NCBI RefSeq assembly: GCF_006345805.1
Contig: NC_042998.1
Span: 13,888,001 to 13,952,000 of the forward strand
Direction of reading: 5' to 3'
DNA length: 64,000 nt
Source of the DNA: Octopus sinensis
Taxonomy: Eukaryota
The stretch's first letter is position 1. Every line of letters starts with the position of its first letter. The notes beneath the pieces are model-generated. The model did not search any database. It saw only the letters and a program-made list of their open reading frames with translations, and had not been told where the DNA came from. Positions 41,916-55,039 of the stretch are shown piece after piece. A program made the translations under genes and the position numbers.

Positions 41916-42788
41916 GTCGCTAATTCATCTCTACACTCGCGTGTGTTTAAAGAAGGATCCTGTCTAGATGTTCACAAAGATATTGTACTTTCGTAAATAG
42001 AGTATTTGTTGTGAATATGAAAAAAATAACGAGTTGTAAGAATACGTATCGCAAATGCTAACCTAGAAAATTCGTTGTATGCAAATGTCAAAACACCCAT
42101 CTAATGCTGTAGGTACACCAAACATGGTTAATTCAAACGTAACAAAAGGTACTCTAGATTGCCAGATTAAACGTAAGTTGCAATGATAATCAATAATTTC
42201 AAGATATGATTTGTGCCTTCGCTAAATTCATATTAACGTCCTGTGATGTTGCTTGGATTAGTTTGAAGAAATTATAAGCTATTTCGATTCGAATTCAATA
42301 ATAATATAATTCCTTTTATCATAGCTACAGCATGCGATGGAGATGAAAGAGTATCATAAAGATAAGAAAGGTAGATCAGATATGAGGATTTGAAGTAGGA
42401 AATAAAAGGACATGGTTGTAGAAAGTTGGGGCTATATTTGTTGCCGTTGGAAAAATTGGACAATATAAAGTAAGAAGTTGAAAAAGTGAACTGAAATGAT
42501 TGGACTAACTGAGAGAATAGAATGTCAATGAAAGACAATGTCGCTTGGTACTGCACGAAACTTCCGCAGAAGACTCAAAATAGGAATAAAAATATTACTT
42601 ATGTTAGCTGGTCGCAAACACTTGAGAAAGTGTTAAATTCTCAATTGAAATTGTTATATTATAGAACACCAGCAACATCATTATTATTATCATCATCAAC
42701 ATCAACAGCAACATCATCATCAGCATCAACAACAAGAATAAAATAAAAAGGTAAAAATCTTTAAAGTAGGAAAGAAGTAGCAAAACAA

Positions 42789-42821
<33 letters not shown>

Positions 42822-43542
42822 GTTGTAAAAATTATTCGATTTCGAATCTTCAGCACGTAACACTTCATCTAAAACTTTTCCGGGATGATTACGTCTCAAA
42901 ACATTGTTGAGGGCGAAGGCGAAAGCATTGCAGCCATATCCAAATAATACGCATATGCAAATAATACACATGCGTATATATATTTGAATATTTAGAGGCA
43001 TACATACATAAATACATGTCTGTCTATCTATCTACCTATGTATATATACTTAGAACACTTGGAATACTTAAAAGAGTTTCTATCAGAATGGTACAAGCTA
43101 TTGCTAATTTAATAGCACCATCTGGAAATGCACATTTTAATGATATTTCAAATTATAGTCATTGTTTTGGCACCATAGCCTATTTGAGTATGGAGCTTTT
43201 CTTTGCAGATGCGAGTCTGGGCGTCGGCGGTTTATCTGTAATTTTCTAGAGATCTTCGTTATTCCTGTTCTGTTTCTTGACATGATGTTAAAGGGATTAG
43301 GACAAATTGTGTATTAATATTGTATTGTGATGGGAGCATAATTTTGCAGAGGACGGATAACCAGAGGACCAAAATCTAGGTGAATTTTAAAGTAGTTGCG
43401 ACCAGCATCTGGGCAATACGGTTGGAATATTTTATAGCTTCTGGCGGCGTTGGAGTGAATAAAGTTTGATTTTCTCGAGACGATCTCAATAATCCCGGCT
43501 GTTACGACGTTTATTGCTCTTGTCGTCGATATCCGGAGAACT

Positions 43543-43790
43543 ATATAGGAGAAATATAAAGGGGCGAGCTGGCAGAAACGTTAGCACACCGGGCGAAATG
43601 CTTAGCGGTATTGAGTCTGTCGTTGCGTTCTGAGTTCAAATTCCGCCGAGGTCGACTTTGCCGTTCATCCTTTCGGGGTCGATAAATTAAGTACCAGTTA
43701 CGCACTGGGGTCGATGTAATCGACTTAATCTGTTTGTCTGTCCTTGTTTGTCCTCTCTGTGTTTAGCCCCTTGTGGGCAATAAAGAAACA
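43543..43790 (+). mobile_element. SINE B, full length
   Basis: TSD GATATCCGGAGAACT at 43528-43542 and 43791-43805. Confidence 0.92.
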
Positions 43791-43975
43791 GATATCCGGA
43801 GAACTTCAAATTTTATTCTTTTCGTACTGGGAAAGTAGAGTAGACAGTAATATTCAAGGTGGAGACAGGTGAAGGCGAAGAAGAGAAAATTAACGGTTGG
43901 AGCTTATCTAGATCGAAAAGTTCTAAGGATCTAGCGGTACACACAGTGGGCCATGTCGACCTTGTTGTTAATGTG

Positions 43976-44360
43976 TGGAAGCACTCCGTCGGTTACGACG
44001 ATGAGGGTTCCGGTTTATCCGAATCAACGGAACAGCCTGCTCGTGAAATTAACGTGTAAGTGGCTGCACACTCCACAGACATGTGCACATTTAACGTAGT
44101 TCTAGGAAATATTCAGCGTGACACAGAGTGACAAGGCCGGCCCCTTGAAATACAGGTACAACAGAAACAGGAAGTAAGACTGAAAGAAAGTTGTGGTGAA
44201 AGAGTACAGCAAGAATCCCCACCATCCCCTGCCGGAGCCTCGTGGAGCTTTTAGGTGTTTTCGCTCAATAAACACTCACAACGCCCGGTTTGGGAATCGA
44301 AACCGCGATCCTATGACCGCGAGTCCGCTGTCCTAACCACTGGGCCATTGCACCTCCTAA
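43976..44360 (-). mobile_element. SINE head C
   Basis: TSD TGTTGTTAATGTG at 43963-43975 and 44361-44373. Confidence 0.92.
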
Positions 44361-45454
44361 TGTTGTTAATGTGGGCGCCCCTTCAAGGCGCTAGCTAAGA
44401 AACTGTCAGGGACTGCAGCTGAATTGCTTGTAATTTTCATAATAACTGCTAAGATATCCGGGACGCCAAAGGATATGAGGAATAACCATATTGTGATTGA
44501 TGGAAGTAGAGCAGTATTGTTTCTGCAGAATCTCAACCTAGTATACTGTGTCATCACGCAGTATGTCATCTTCATCTGTGTGTGTGTGTGTGTGGTGTGT
44601 GTGCGTGTGTTTGCGTGTATTGACAAAAGTTAGTGTTTGCAAATAAGGGGAATAACACAATAGACGGTGTAGACATTTTAATTCATCAGGAGCGTATTAT
44701 TTTCGAATACTAAATCTGTTACACGGTTCCAATTGATAAAACGATACTTGTGGCAATAGGTCAAACGTTACACGTTCGATCAATTAATCAATATATATAT
44801 ATGTGGTTGTGTGTATGTGTGAGTGTATGTGTGTATGTGTGTGTGAAGTTGTCTGGTGTACACATAACTTATGCATAATACGATCATGTAAATCCTAGAA
44901 GGCACGTTTGAAATTGTACACGTGTAAAACGAGAATTAATTCGATGAAATACTTTTGATTTGTCTATGTAGAACGGGAGGTTAGAAGTATTGAAGTGTTT
45001 AGTATTGATGTATAGCTATCAGAAGCGTTAATGATAGCGAGAAGAAGAAGAAGAAGAAGCGAAAATGAAGTATTTTTCACCACTTTCACTTTTCTTTCCT
45101 TTCAATCATTATTTCTCCTATTTGTTTTTTTTGGGGGGGGGGATTTTTGTAATACTGTTTTTATATTATTTCGGTTCATGTATTAATTTTTTATTATTTC
45201 GCCTCCTTTTTTTTTTTGCGTATTTCTCCTCTTTTTTGTGTGTGTATGTGTGTGTGTGTGTATGTGTGTTTCATCTGAAGTCATAGCGGAATACATCATA
45301 GCTTAAAAAGAATATTTTCACCGTATAATCCATCGGAAAAAGCCACAAAGATTCGCAGTTCAAAAGTTATATTGAACACTGAACAGAGAAAAAAAATGAA
45401 GCAAAATATACGTATGTACAAGAGCACACATATATACGCATATAGACACACACA

Positions 45455-45483
45455 CATTTATTATTATTATTATTATTATTATT

Positions 45484-45566
<83 letters not shown>

Positions 45567-45792
45567 GAATGTATGAATTAAATATAAAACAAAATTCGTG
45601 TAAAAAGAAAGTTAGCGTCTCAAAAACCCACAAAATCCAATAAAAGAACAAACAACTTGAAAGTGAAGCAAACAAACAAATCAACAAACATAAGGATTTC
45701 ACACGAAATACGTCACCATACAAAGAAATATTTCAGTGCGTTAATATATGTTGTGTGTTTCTCTGTGTATATGTGTGTATGTCTATAAATAC

Positions 45793-45866
<74 letters not shown>

Positions 45867-45996
45867 CGTGTGTGTATATATGTATATATATGTATATATA
45901 TATATATATGTAGTTATATATATATATGTATATATATCTATATATATATATTTATATACATATATATATATATAAATACATATGTATTTATGTATG

Positions 45997-46045
<49 letters not shown>

Positions 46046-46171
46046 GCATATATATATGTGTATATATATATGTATATATATATGTATATATATGTATATA
46101 TATATAATGTGTGTGTGTGTATATATATATATGCATATATATACAAGGTAAAAATACACTCATCTATTTAA

Positions 46172-46214
<43 letters not shown>

Positions 46215-46225
46215 CATATATACAT
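45455..46225. repeat. (TTA)n, (TA)n and (TATG)n microsatellite cluster
   Basis: Direct read. Confidence 0.9.
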
Positions 46226-46490
46226 ACATGCAACACACGCAATACGACACATATATATGAGAATATGTGGATGTATAGAAGTATCCATGATATGATATTG
46301 CGTTTGTTCACTTTTCCTTCTTTTGCAATTCTATATTAATCAAATGCTTCTCGCAGATTTTTTGATGTATCTCTCATCGCACGAGGTTTCTCTCGTTTTT
46401 CATGTATGTCCTACTGTTTTGTTTAATGCCATTATGTTTCACTTGAACTCGTCTATTATTTCTTTCATTTACTTGGTCATTAAATAGATC

Positions 46491-46521
<31 letters not shown>

Positions 46522-46594
46522 CTATCCATCTATCTATATATTTATTTATCTATATATATCTATCTATCTATCTGTCTACATGTATGTATATATA

Positions 46595-46639
<45 letters not shown>

Positions 46640-47304
46640 TATATATATGCGTATTTGTCTGTATGAGTGTGTTGCTGTGTGTCTGTATGCACAGACATAT
46701 ATATAATCAAACACCGTCACAGATATATTTCTCTAGATATGTATAAGCATGTATATATATATATATATATATAATATATATATATATGCAAACACATAAA
46801 CTGGGGAAGTAAGAAGAGATAGATTAAAATTATGATATATAAAATTACACATACATATGTACATCCATACATACATAAATATATATATATATCCTACGAA
46901 CACGCGCACGCAGGAATATATATGTGTGTGTGTGTGTATGCATGTATATATATAACTGTGTAATATTCTGTGCATATGTTTGTATGTCGATTTATGATAA
47001 ACATACCAATATGTCTTTTCCTACGCGTAATTATCATAAAAGATGAACAAAAGCGTTACGGTAAACAAAAACACACACAAACGCAAACACACTTACATAC
47101 ACACACACACACACAACATGTACAATAAAAGTTTGTTGGAAGCATGACTTAAAACCATAAAGAAAGTAATAGCAAGAATATGCAGTCATATCCTATTTAT
47201 AAGATATATGAAAATAGCAGGAGAAAAAAAAACGCATAAATGAGTTCCTTATCAAGGTTTGAAGCATGAATAGCGACACCCACCCACACACATATCTGTG
47301 TGAT

Positions 47305-47333
47305 CGTATACACATACATACATACATACATAT

Positions 47334-47383
<50 letters not shown>

Positions 47384-47438
47384 CATATATGGCTGAAACA
47401 AGTAAAAGAGTAAAAGAGTATATATTTACATATATATA

Positions 47439-47530
<92 letters not shown>

Positions 47531-47532
47531 TA

Positions 47533-47570
<38 letters not shown>

Positions 47571-47673
47571 CATATATATATAATATATATACATATATAT
47601 ATATATACATACATATATACATACATATATATATATATATACATATATACATACATATACATATATATATACA

Positions 47674-47711
<38 letters not shown>

Positions 47712-47725
47712 ATGTATATATATAA
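47305..47725. repeat. (TA)n/(TACA)n microsatellite containing a SINE A terminal fragment (47388-47420)
   Basis: Direct read; tggctgaaacaagtaaaagagtaaaagagt. Confidence 0.9.
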
Positions 47726-47894
47726 CTCACGCATGCACGTTTCTATGCATTCTTTGTAAGTGCATGTTGTGTAAGACACTAAAAACGTGGCGTGCATTCT
47801 CAAAGCGATCCCTACATATACACACGTATATAATTATACATACATATATTCAGTTACATTACTACACACACGTGCACACATATATATATACACA

Positions 47895-47932
<38 letters not shown>

Positions 47933-48748
47933 TATGTATTGTAGCATTTTTTCTTTCTCAGGAAGAGCATAAAATGGTTTCATAACGTTACATCAGTAGT
48001 GAATTGTGTTTGGATGTTTGGATGTGCATATGTGCGTGATACCTGGGATTACATATACATGAATCAGATTTTCATGGAACCGTTTTTAAACGCTAAGTAC
48101 AAAGGTGATCAAATATGGCTGATCACCTCGGTTTTGTCATCAAATTCCGTGGTTAGTGCCGTACGAATTATTTGAATTCTGTTAAAAAATGTTTACGGGA
48201 AATGATTAATATATATGTTCTTGAACTTTGCTGTGTGAAGCCTAGCCCATTATTTCATGCGTGTCGTTTATGTGAAGTGCCATATGGTCAAATACATGAT
48301 TTTTAACAACCTCTTTTTGCATTTTGCTGCCTACGGACCTATATATATCGAAAGTAGAGGTAGCAAAGTCGAATTTTGTAGTCAACATTTCTAAAACCAG
48401 GACAGCCTATGCTATATTTATGCACTGGCCTTTACAATGTCCTATCTAAATACGATTAAGATGTTCCGATAGGGTTTGTGTCGATGGTCTTTGCCATGCA
48501 GTCAAACAAGTTTCAGCAATATTGTGAGGCTTTTTCATGTACCCTTTTTCAGTTAATATGCAGGCAATCTAGCTGTGGATCCAACTTATTGTTCTAGTCT
48601 TGTATGAGCACTAAATGAAGAGCCAATCCGAAGAAACCTCCAGACGTGTAGAGACCAACATTTCAGGACCAAGATGCTGCCTACTGGTTACAAAAGGCAA
48701 TTCCATATGATGAGATCCAGACCCTTCCAAATCAACACATTCGCTCAG

Positions 48749-49127
48749 TTCTATATTTAAGAAATGAGGAATTATATACATTATTTACATTATTTACATT
48801 CGACGGATATTTGTCCTTATCTTGTTTGTAGTTAACACAATTTTTCCGCTGATATACCCTCCAGCCTTCTTCAGGTCTCATGGGGGAATTTCGAATCTGG
48901 GTTCTCATTCCTAAGGTGTTGTTGTTGTGAAAGGCGGTTAGCTGGCAGACTCTTTTGCACGCTGGGCAAAATGCCTAGCGGTATTTTATCTTAGGAAAGA
49001 GAACCCAGGTTCGAAATTTCCCTAAGACACCTGATGAAGGCTGGAGGATATATCAGCCGAAACGTTGTGATAACAAAAAGCAAGATGAGGACAAATATCC
49101 GTCAAATGTAAATAATATAAATAATGT
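48749..49127. mobile_element. Second palindromic hammerhead element of the 3169 family
   Basis: Inverted arms; TSD ACATTCGCTCAG at 48737-48748 and 49128-49139; SINE B head fragment 48931-48989 between arms. Confidence 0.88.
49026..49070 (+). ncRNA. Minimal type I hammerhead ribozyme, intact core
   Basis: cac-CTGATGA-a-GGCTG-gaggatatat-CAGCC-GAAAC-GTT-gtg; palindromic ACGU stem III; predicted cleavage after 49066. Confidence 0.8.
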
Positions 49128-49697
49128 ACATTCGCTCAGGTTTATGACCCGTATTGCCTTGGATATAAGCAGATCTAGTATCCACCAGAAACTGACGACA
49201 ATCTATGATTTTGCTGACGGAGACTACTTCTCCTCCTAGTGATCTGATGTCCTTGAACAGGTGGCCCCTATCAGATGTAACTCTAGTTCACGTGCAAAGA
49301 CACTGTTTGTTTTGAGTAATGTCATGGTAACTGAATGACAAAACCGTTGAACAAACACCTTATTTCTAAGTAGGAACAGTTCTTTCCTGCCTCTGGGTAG
49401 TTCTTGGATTTTGCACAAGAAGTTCTTTACATATTTTTTTTGTTTGTTTTTTGCATTTCTCCTGAGGTTTCGTAATGTCGCGGAGGCACAAAGGGTATCT
49501 GATGCATGACATCCAGTGCGTTGTTTATATAACCTGACTTGTCTTCGGTGTCATTTTCCTTGTGTCGTTCTCTTTTTTTTGGGGGGAGGGTCTTTCACAT
49601 GCTGTTGATTCAGATAGCGTCGTACTTTAGAGTGCAGTGTTTCTTTTGTTGCTTGCATTGTAAGTGTTTTAAATTCTGCTGTTCTTGCTATTGTCTA

Positions 49698-50033
49698 TGT
49701 TGTTAGAGCGTCAAGCTTATGATCGTGAGGTTGTGAGTTCGATTTCCGGGCCGAGCTGCGCGTTGTGTTCTTGAGCAAGACACTTTATTTCACGTTTCTT
49801 GAGTTCACTCAGCTGTAGAAATGAGTTTGCGACGTCACAGATACCAATCTGTATCGGCCTCTTTGCCTTTCCTTTGGGTAACATCGGTGACGTGGATGGT
49901 TATGGTTAGGTTTAAGAAGGCCGGTATGCATGGGCTGCTGCTTGTCTTCCATAAAAATCCTTGCCCAGATTGTGCCTGGGAGGGTAACTTTCTAGGTGCA
50001 ATCCCATGGTCGGTCATGACCGAAAGGGGTCTC
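49698..50033 (+). mobile_element. SINE head D, tail as 13507 copy
   Basis: gagttcgatttcc..ttgagcaagacactttatttcacg..ccatggtcggtcatgaccgaaagggg. Confidence 0.85.
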
Positions 50034-50349
50034 AGCTCAGCAGCTGCTTCTCACATTGTACCTTTTACTGCAATCGTTGTGACTGCATTGGCATGCTGTT
50101 GTTAAAATCGCATCTGTGTTTGTGTTGTAGCAGACTTCTGCTGTTGCCGATGGTAAAGTTGGGGCGATGTCAGCAGTGAAGGTCTTCTTTCAGCTTTCAC
50201 TTTCGATGTTGTTGTTGTTGGAAGGAGAAAGTCTCGAAAGAGATTATGGTTTCAATGGTTTTATTATCGAAGCCGTCTATCTTCCACTAACCACCTAGAG
50301 CGGTTATTAGATCTATCTTTGATAGAGGATGTTTTGATACTAGTATATA

Positions 50350-50508
50350 GGCGTAGGAGTGGCTGTGTGGTAAGTAGCTTGCTTATGAATTACATTGTTC
50401 TGGGTTCAGTCTCACTGCGTGGCACCTTGCGCAAGTGTTTTCTACTATAGCCTCGGGTCAATCAATGTGAGTGGTTTTGGTAGACGTGTGTGTTGTGTGT
50501 GTGTGTGT

Positions 50509-50566
<58 letters not shown>

Positions 50567-50745
50567 TGTTTGTCCCCACAACATCGCTTCACAACCGATA
50601 CTGGTGTGTTTACGTCTCCGTAACTTAGCGGTTCGGCAAAAGAGACCGATAGAATAAGTACTAAGCTCACAGAGAATACGTCCTGGGGTCGATGTGCTCG
50701 ACTAAAAGCAGTACTTCAGCGTGGCCACAGTCAATGATTGAAAAT
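50350..50745 (+). mobile_element. SINE A with (TG)n
   Basis: GGCGTAGGAGTGGCTGTGTGGTAAG head; CORE-like ACCTTGCGCAAGTG. Confidence 0.88.
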
Positions 50746-50979
50746 GTATTTCCTGTTCTACTGGAATCAAAATCTCTGCTGCCATATCAACCCAATTTTC
50801 TCTGTTGTATTATTTTAGTTCTATCTTTTTTCACCACTTACCAGAAACTCAGTTCTGGTGGTATGTTTTAGAGAAATCTCCACTTTACTGCCGACAATGT
50901 GCTTTCGGACTAGTAATCCCGAAATTATGATCATGTCATGCAAAACCAATGTCTGGCTATGTTTCTTAAACAAACTTCA

Positions 50980-51141
50980 GGCGCAGGAGTGGCTGTGTGG
51001 TAAGTCGCTTGCTAACCAACCACATGGTTCCGGGTTCAGTCCCACTGCGTGGCATCTTGGGTAAGTGTCTTCTGCTATAGCCCCGGGCCGACCAATGCCT
51101 TGTGAGTGGATTTGGTAGACGGAAACTGAAAGAAGCCCGTC

Positions 51142-51214
<73 letters not shown>

Positions 51215-51439
51215 GTATGTGTGTGTTTGTGTGTCTGTGTTTGTCCCCCTAGCATTGCTTGACAACCGATGCTAGTGTGTTTACGTCTCCATCACTTAGC
51301 GATTCGGCAAAAGAGACCGATAGAATAAGTATTGGGCTTACAAAAGAATAAGTCCCGGGGTCGATTTGCTCGACTAAAGGCGGTGGTCCAGCATGGCCGC
51401 AGTCATATGACTGAAACAAGTAAAAGAGAGTAAATGAGT
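50980..51439 (+). mobile_element. SINE A, full length
   Basis: Complete head, core, microsatellite and tail. Confidence 0.92.
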
Positions 51440-51858
51440 ATAATCTCTAATTTTGATCTTTCCGTCGATAAGTATCAACACCGAATTGTTTCCTCTTCTG
51501 TTTGGTTTTAGAAGAGCTGCGTTATACTCGAGCGTAGCATTTATCCGTTTTAGTCAGTTGATGTATTACTCCGCCTCTTTTTAATGTTCGTGATTATTGT
51601 CTGGTGACAATAAATCGAACACATTTGTGATCATAGCTAAAATATTATTTTCGCTCTGCTTCCACTGCTGCGGTCTTTGTCAGTACCAATGTCATTGTTG
51701 TTTTTGCTGGTTGTTCTCATGCGAATAATATTGCTGCCGGTTATTTTGGGAACATTTTTGATTGTCGTGACATTGTTCTTGCTGCTGTTACTATTTTTAC
51801 TTACTATTGCGTCTGTTTTACTGTGTGGTAGGAAGCGAATTAAAAAAGATGGTTTCAC

Positions 51859-51970
51859 CTTGAAAAATCTCCCTCCACATTTCTCACTTTGTGACCAGAT
51901 GACAGGGACGGCGCTATTTTTAAACGTATTTGCGTGGTTAGAAAAATATTTCGGCTTTTCATATTCCATT
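51859..51970 (-). other. Candidate host-gene exon (112 nt)
   Basis: Polypyrimidine tract + TAG acceptor, AAG|GTGAAA donor, two open frames; no recognised protein. Confidence 0.25.
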
Positions 51971-52193
51971 CTACAGCACGAGAAACAAACAAAAGAAAAT
52001 GTTAAGTTCATTATGCTTCTGGTCAAATAAGCTACAGAATACAAAATTATAATGAACAAAAATACGTTTCCATAACGAACGATACGACATGAACATTAAC
52101 GGTGCCTCCAGAACGCGTTTTCGTCATTAAAATCAAAGAACAGTAACAGCAGCAGCGGTAGAGGGAGCAGCAAAACCACTACCAACAATAATC

Positions 52194-52812
52194 ATTTCTA
52201 TTATAAGCACAAGGACCGAAATTTTTTGTGGGGAAGAGGGGATCAGTCGATTAGATCGACCCTAGTACACAACTGGTACTTAATTTATCGGCCCCGAAAA
52301 CAGGAAAGGCTAAGTCGACCTGGGCGGTATTTGAACTCAGAACGTTAGCGCCATACAAAATACCTATTTCTTTACTACCCACAAGGGGCTAACCACAGAG
52401 GGAACAAACAAGGACAGACAAATAGATTAAGTCGATTATATCGACCCCAGTGCGTGACTGGTACTTAATTTATCGGCCCCTAAAGGATGAATTGCTAAGT
52501 CGACCTCGGTGGATTTGAACTCAGAACGTAGCGGTAGACAAAATACTGCTAAGCATTTCGCCCGGCGTGCTAACGTTTCTGCCAGCTCGCCGCCTTTCAC
52601 AACAACAATAATAACGAAATAATGATGATAATAATAATCATTTCTATTCTAGGCACAAGGCCTGAAATTTTGAGTAGGTGACAAGTCGATGACATCAAAC
52701 CCCAGTATTACACTGGTACTTAATTTATCGACACCGAAAGGATCAAAGGCAAAGTCAGATGAAATGCCGCTAAGTATTTTGCGCGGCGTGCTATCGACTC
52801 TGCCAGCTTACC
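52194..52812 (-). mobile_element. SINE B head with two tandem bodies (52194-52597) plus a further degenerate copy (52640-52812)
   Basis: Repeated gtcgatta..atcgacc..ggtacttaatttatcg..gtcgacct..tttgaactcagaacgt blocks. Confidence 0.85.
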
Positions 52813-52925
52813 AAATAATAAAGATGATGATGATGCTGATGATTATTGTGGTGATAACAATAGCAATATCTTCATCAGCTACAAGCCACATTAATTATAT
52901 TTCCTGTGTCTTGTATTTTGCGTGA

Positions 52926-52962
<37 letters not shown>

Positions 52963-53203
52963 TGTGTGTATCTCTGCTTACAGCACTACAAGAACAAAAT
53001 TATTTTTATCCTGTCAGACGCTCCTTTCCATTTTTACTACCACAATCAGGAAAAAATAAATAAAATAAAATAAAACACAATTTGATTAGCTCGTTGCATG
53101 TCTATTACCTACGGCAATATTCTTACTAATTTGCGATGTAATATAAGAAAGAAAGAAATACGTCATCCTTATTCACAGAAACATGCTGTAGACATCCATG
53201 AAA

Positions 53204-53925
53204 GCAGATACGGATGTGTGTTTAAGAAGCTCGGTTCGCATTCAGATAATTCGAGTTCAATTTTACTTCACATCACCTACAAAAATTGTCTTACTCTATA
53301 GCTGCGTGTTAACTAAAGATTGTGAGTGAATTTGGAGGATGGAAACTGCATGGAAGCATGTCGTGTACATATATATATATGTTATACGTTTTATTTATTA
53401 CTTTGCACATTACTTAGTCATCGTTATATGCTGTATCTTATGTTTAATCTTTCTATAATAAGTAATTTTTCTAAATGGTACAATTTAATTTTTCATTATT
53501 GAATTGATAAAAGGTGTTTTTTTTTCTAATTTATATATATTGTGAAATTTGATTTAGTATTTCTCAATTGAATTTTTCCCTGTAAGTTTGGAATAGTATT
53601 CCCTCATATTATTACTATTATTATTAATATTATGTGTATATATATGTTTGTGTGTGTATAAAAGCGTGTATGTGTGTGTATAAAAGTGTGTATGTGTGCG
53701 TGCGCGTGTGTATGTACCTGTGCCTGTGTCTCTATTCGATCACTCCCACTTCTGGACAACCGGTATTGGTTTGATTTCATCCACGTTTATAGTGGTTCGC
53801 TCAAAGAGACCAAAAGAATGAATAACAGGTTGAAATGTATGTTTTGCGGGGGGGGGTCCATAATCTATGGCGGTGACCTAATGTGGCCACAATCCAATGA
53901 CTGAACCAAGTAAAAGATCAAAGAT
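53204..53925 (+). mobile_element. Degenerate SINE A with a PLE-type 3' end (53380-53615) inserted in its (TA)n
   Basis: SINE halves on both sides; insert end matches 63270-63316. Confidence 0.6.
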
Positions 53926-54239
53926 AACTAAAACAAGTGGATATATTTTTGACAGCATGTATGTCTATATTCTATACCTTTTCTATGATAGTTTCACATA
54001 TTCACCATCGGGTGAAACCTTTATAACAGTTGTAATGTTTCTTTAATGTTATCACTAACGGTAATTGCAAACCTGAGAGATGCTCTTCCGGTTGTTTAGC
54101 CTTAGGTCAACTTGTCTCAACTAGGCCTTTGAACAATAACGTTCTAGCCAAAGCCATTACAAACTTTGTATACGAAGAATTAATTTACCCCATAGCCCTC
54201 ACATTATTCAGAATACTAAGATGAGGGGAAAAGATCCGT

Positions 54240-54820
54240 ATTCACACCAACTGTATGGAAAATTGCACAGGTGTCTTCCACTATAGATCCGGTCGACCAA
54301 AGTCTTGTCAGTGGGTTTTATACAAAGAAGCTGAAAGGAGCCCACCATACACAGACGAACACACACTCACCCACGTATGTATATATTATATATATTTTTA
54401 TATACACAGATACAATTGCCTCTATGTGTGTGTTCCTCTGTGTGTGTGTGTGTTTGTGTGTATGTTATGTCGCACGTTCGGATGCCTCTACTACTCTGTT
54501 CTCTCCACTCTAGTCTGCTGTGCACAAATCGTCTTCTATTCTCTCGACGTCTAGGCTTCTCCCTCTCTATCTACGAATTGGGCTAGCCTACTTCATCGTC
54601 TGGGGGCGTCCACACAACAGTACATTTGTTTGTTCTTACCACCTCTTTACAACTAGTGCTCGATATTTTATCTCCCTGTGACTTAGCGGTTCGACAAACA
54701 GAGATAAGTTACATAATTATAATTAGCAGCATAGGAGAAGCAGATAAGAACAAGTGCTGATTTATTCGACTAAATATTTCAAAGCTGTGTCCCAGCATGA
54801 CGGAAACACATTTAAGAGAA
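54240..54820 (+). mobile_element. Highly degenerate SINE A
   Basis: gtgtcttccactataga..cgaccaaagtcttgt..gtgacttagcggttcgac..attcgactaaa. Confidence 0.5.
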
Positions 54821-55039
54821 TGGATGAAACGATAAGATTTATATCGCAATAGTTACAACAACATCACTTTGCCTTGTGATATTTTGTTTTGGATCATTAG
54901 ACTTTAAATTGATATCACACCGAGGTTAAGTCTGCTTTTCATACTATCGCGGTCATTAAAATAAAGTATAATTCCAGGTGAGAGGATTAACCATTAAACA
55001 TATTCGTTGAACATTTGAGAAAATATTTGGATATATTTA

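Larger units (their letters stand above)
43165..44480 (-). pseudogene. CR1-clade LINE ORF2 3' fragment interrupted by two SINEs
   Basis: AHINNKVDMAHCVYR*ILRTFRSR..HLEYYCLLYFP / DY*DRLEKIKLYSLQRR / ITDKPPTP..SSILK*A; reading continues across both insertions. Confidence 0.8.

Noticed and set aside
50035-50960. Possible decayed LINE ORF1-like sequence (also 10340-10900, 13850-14240, 59800-60080)
   Set aside because: Only faint motif resemblance with many stops; cannot be supported without a search
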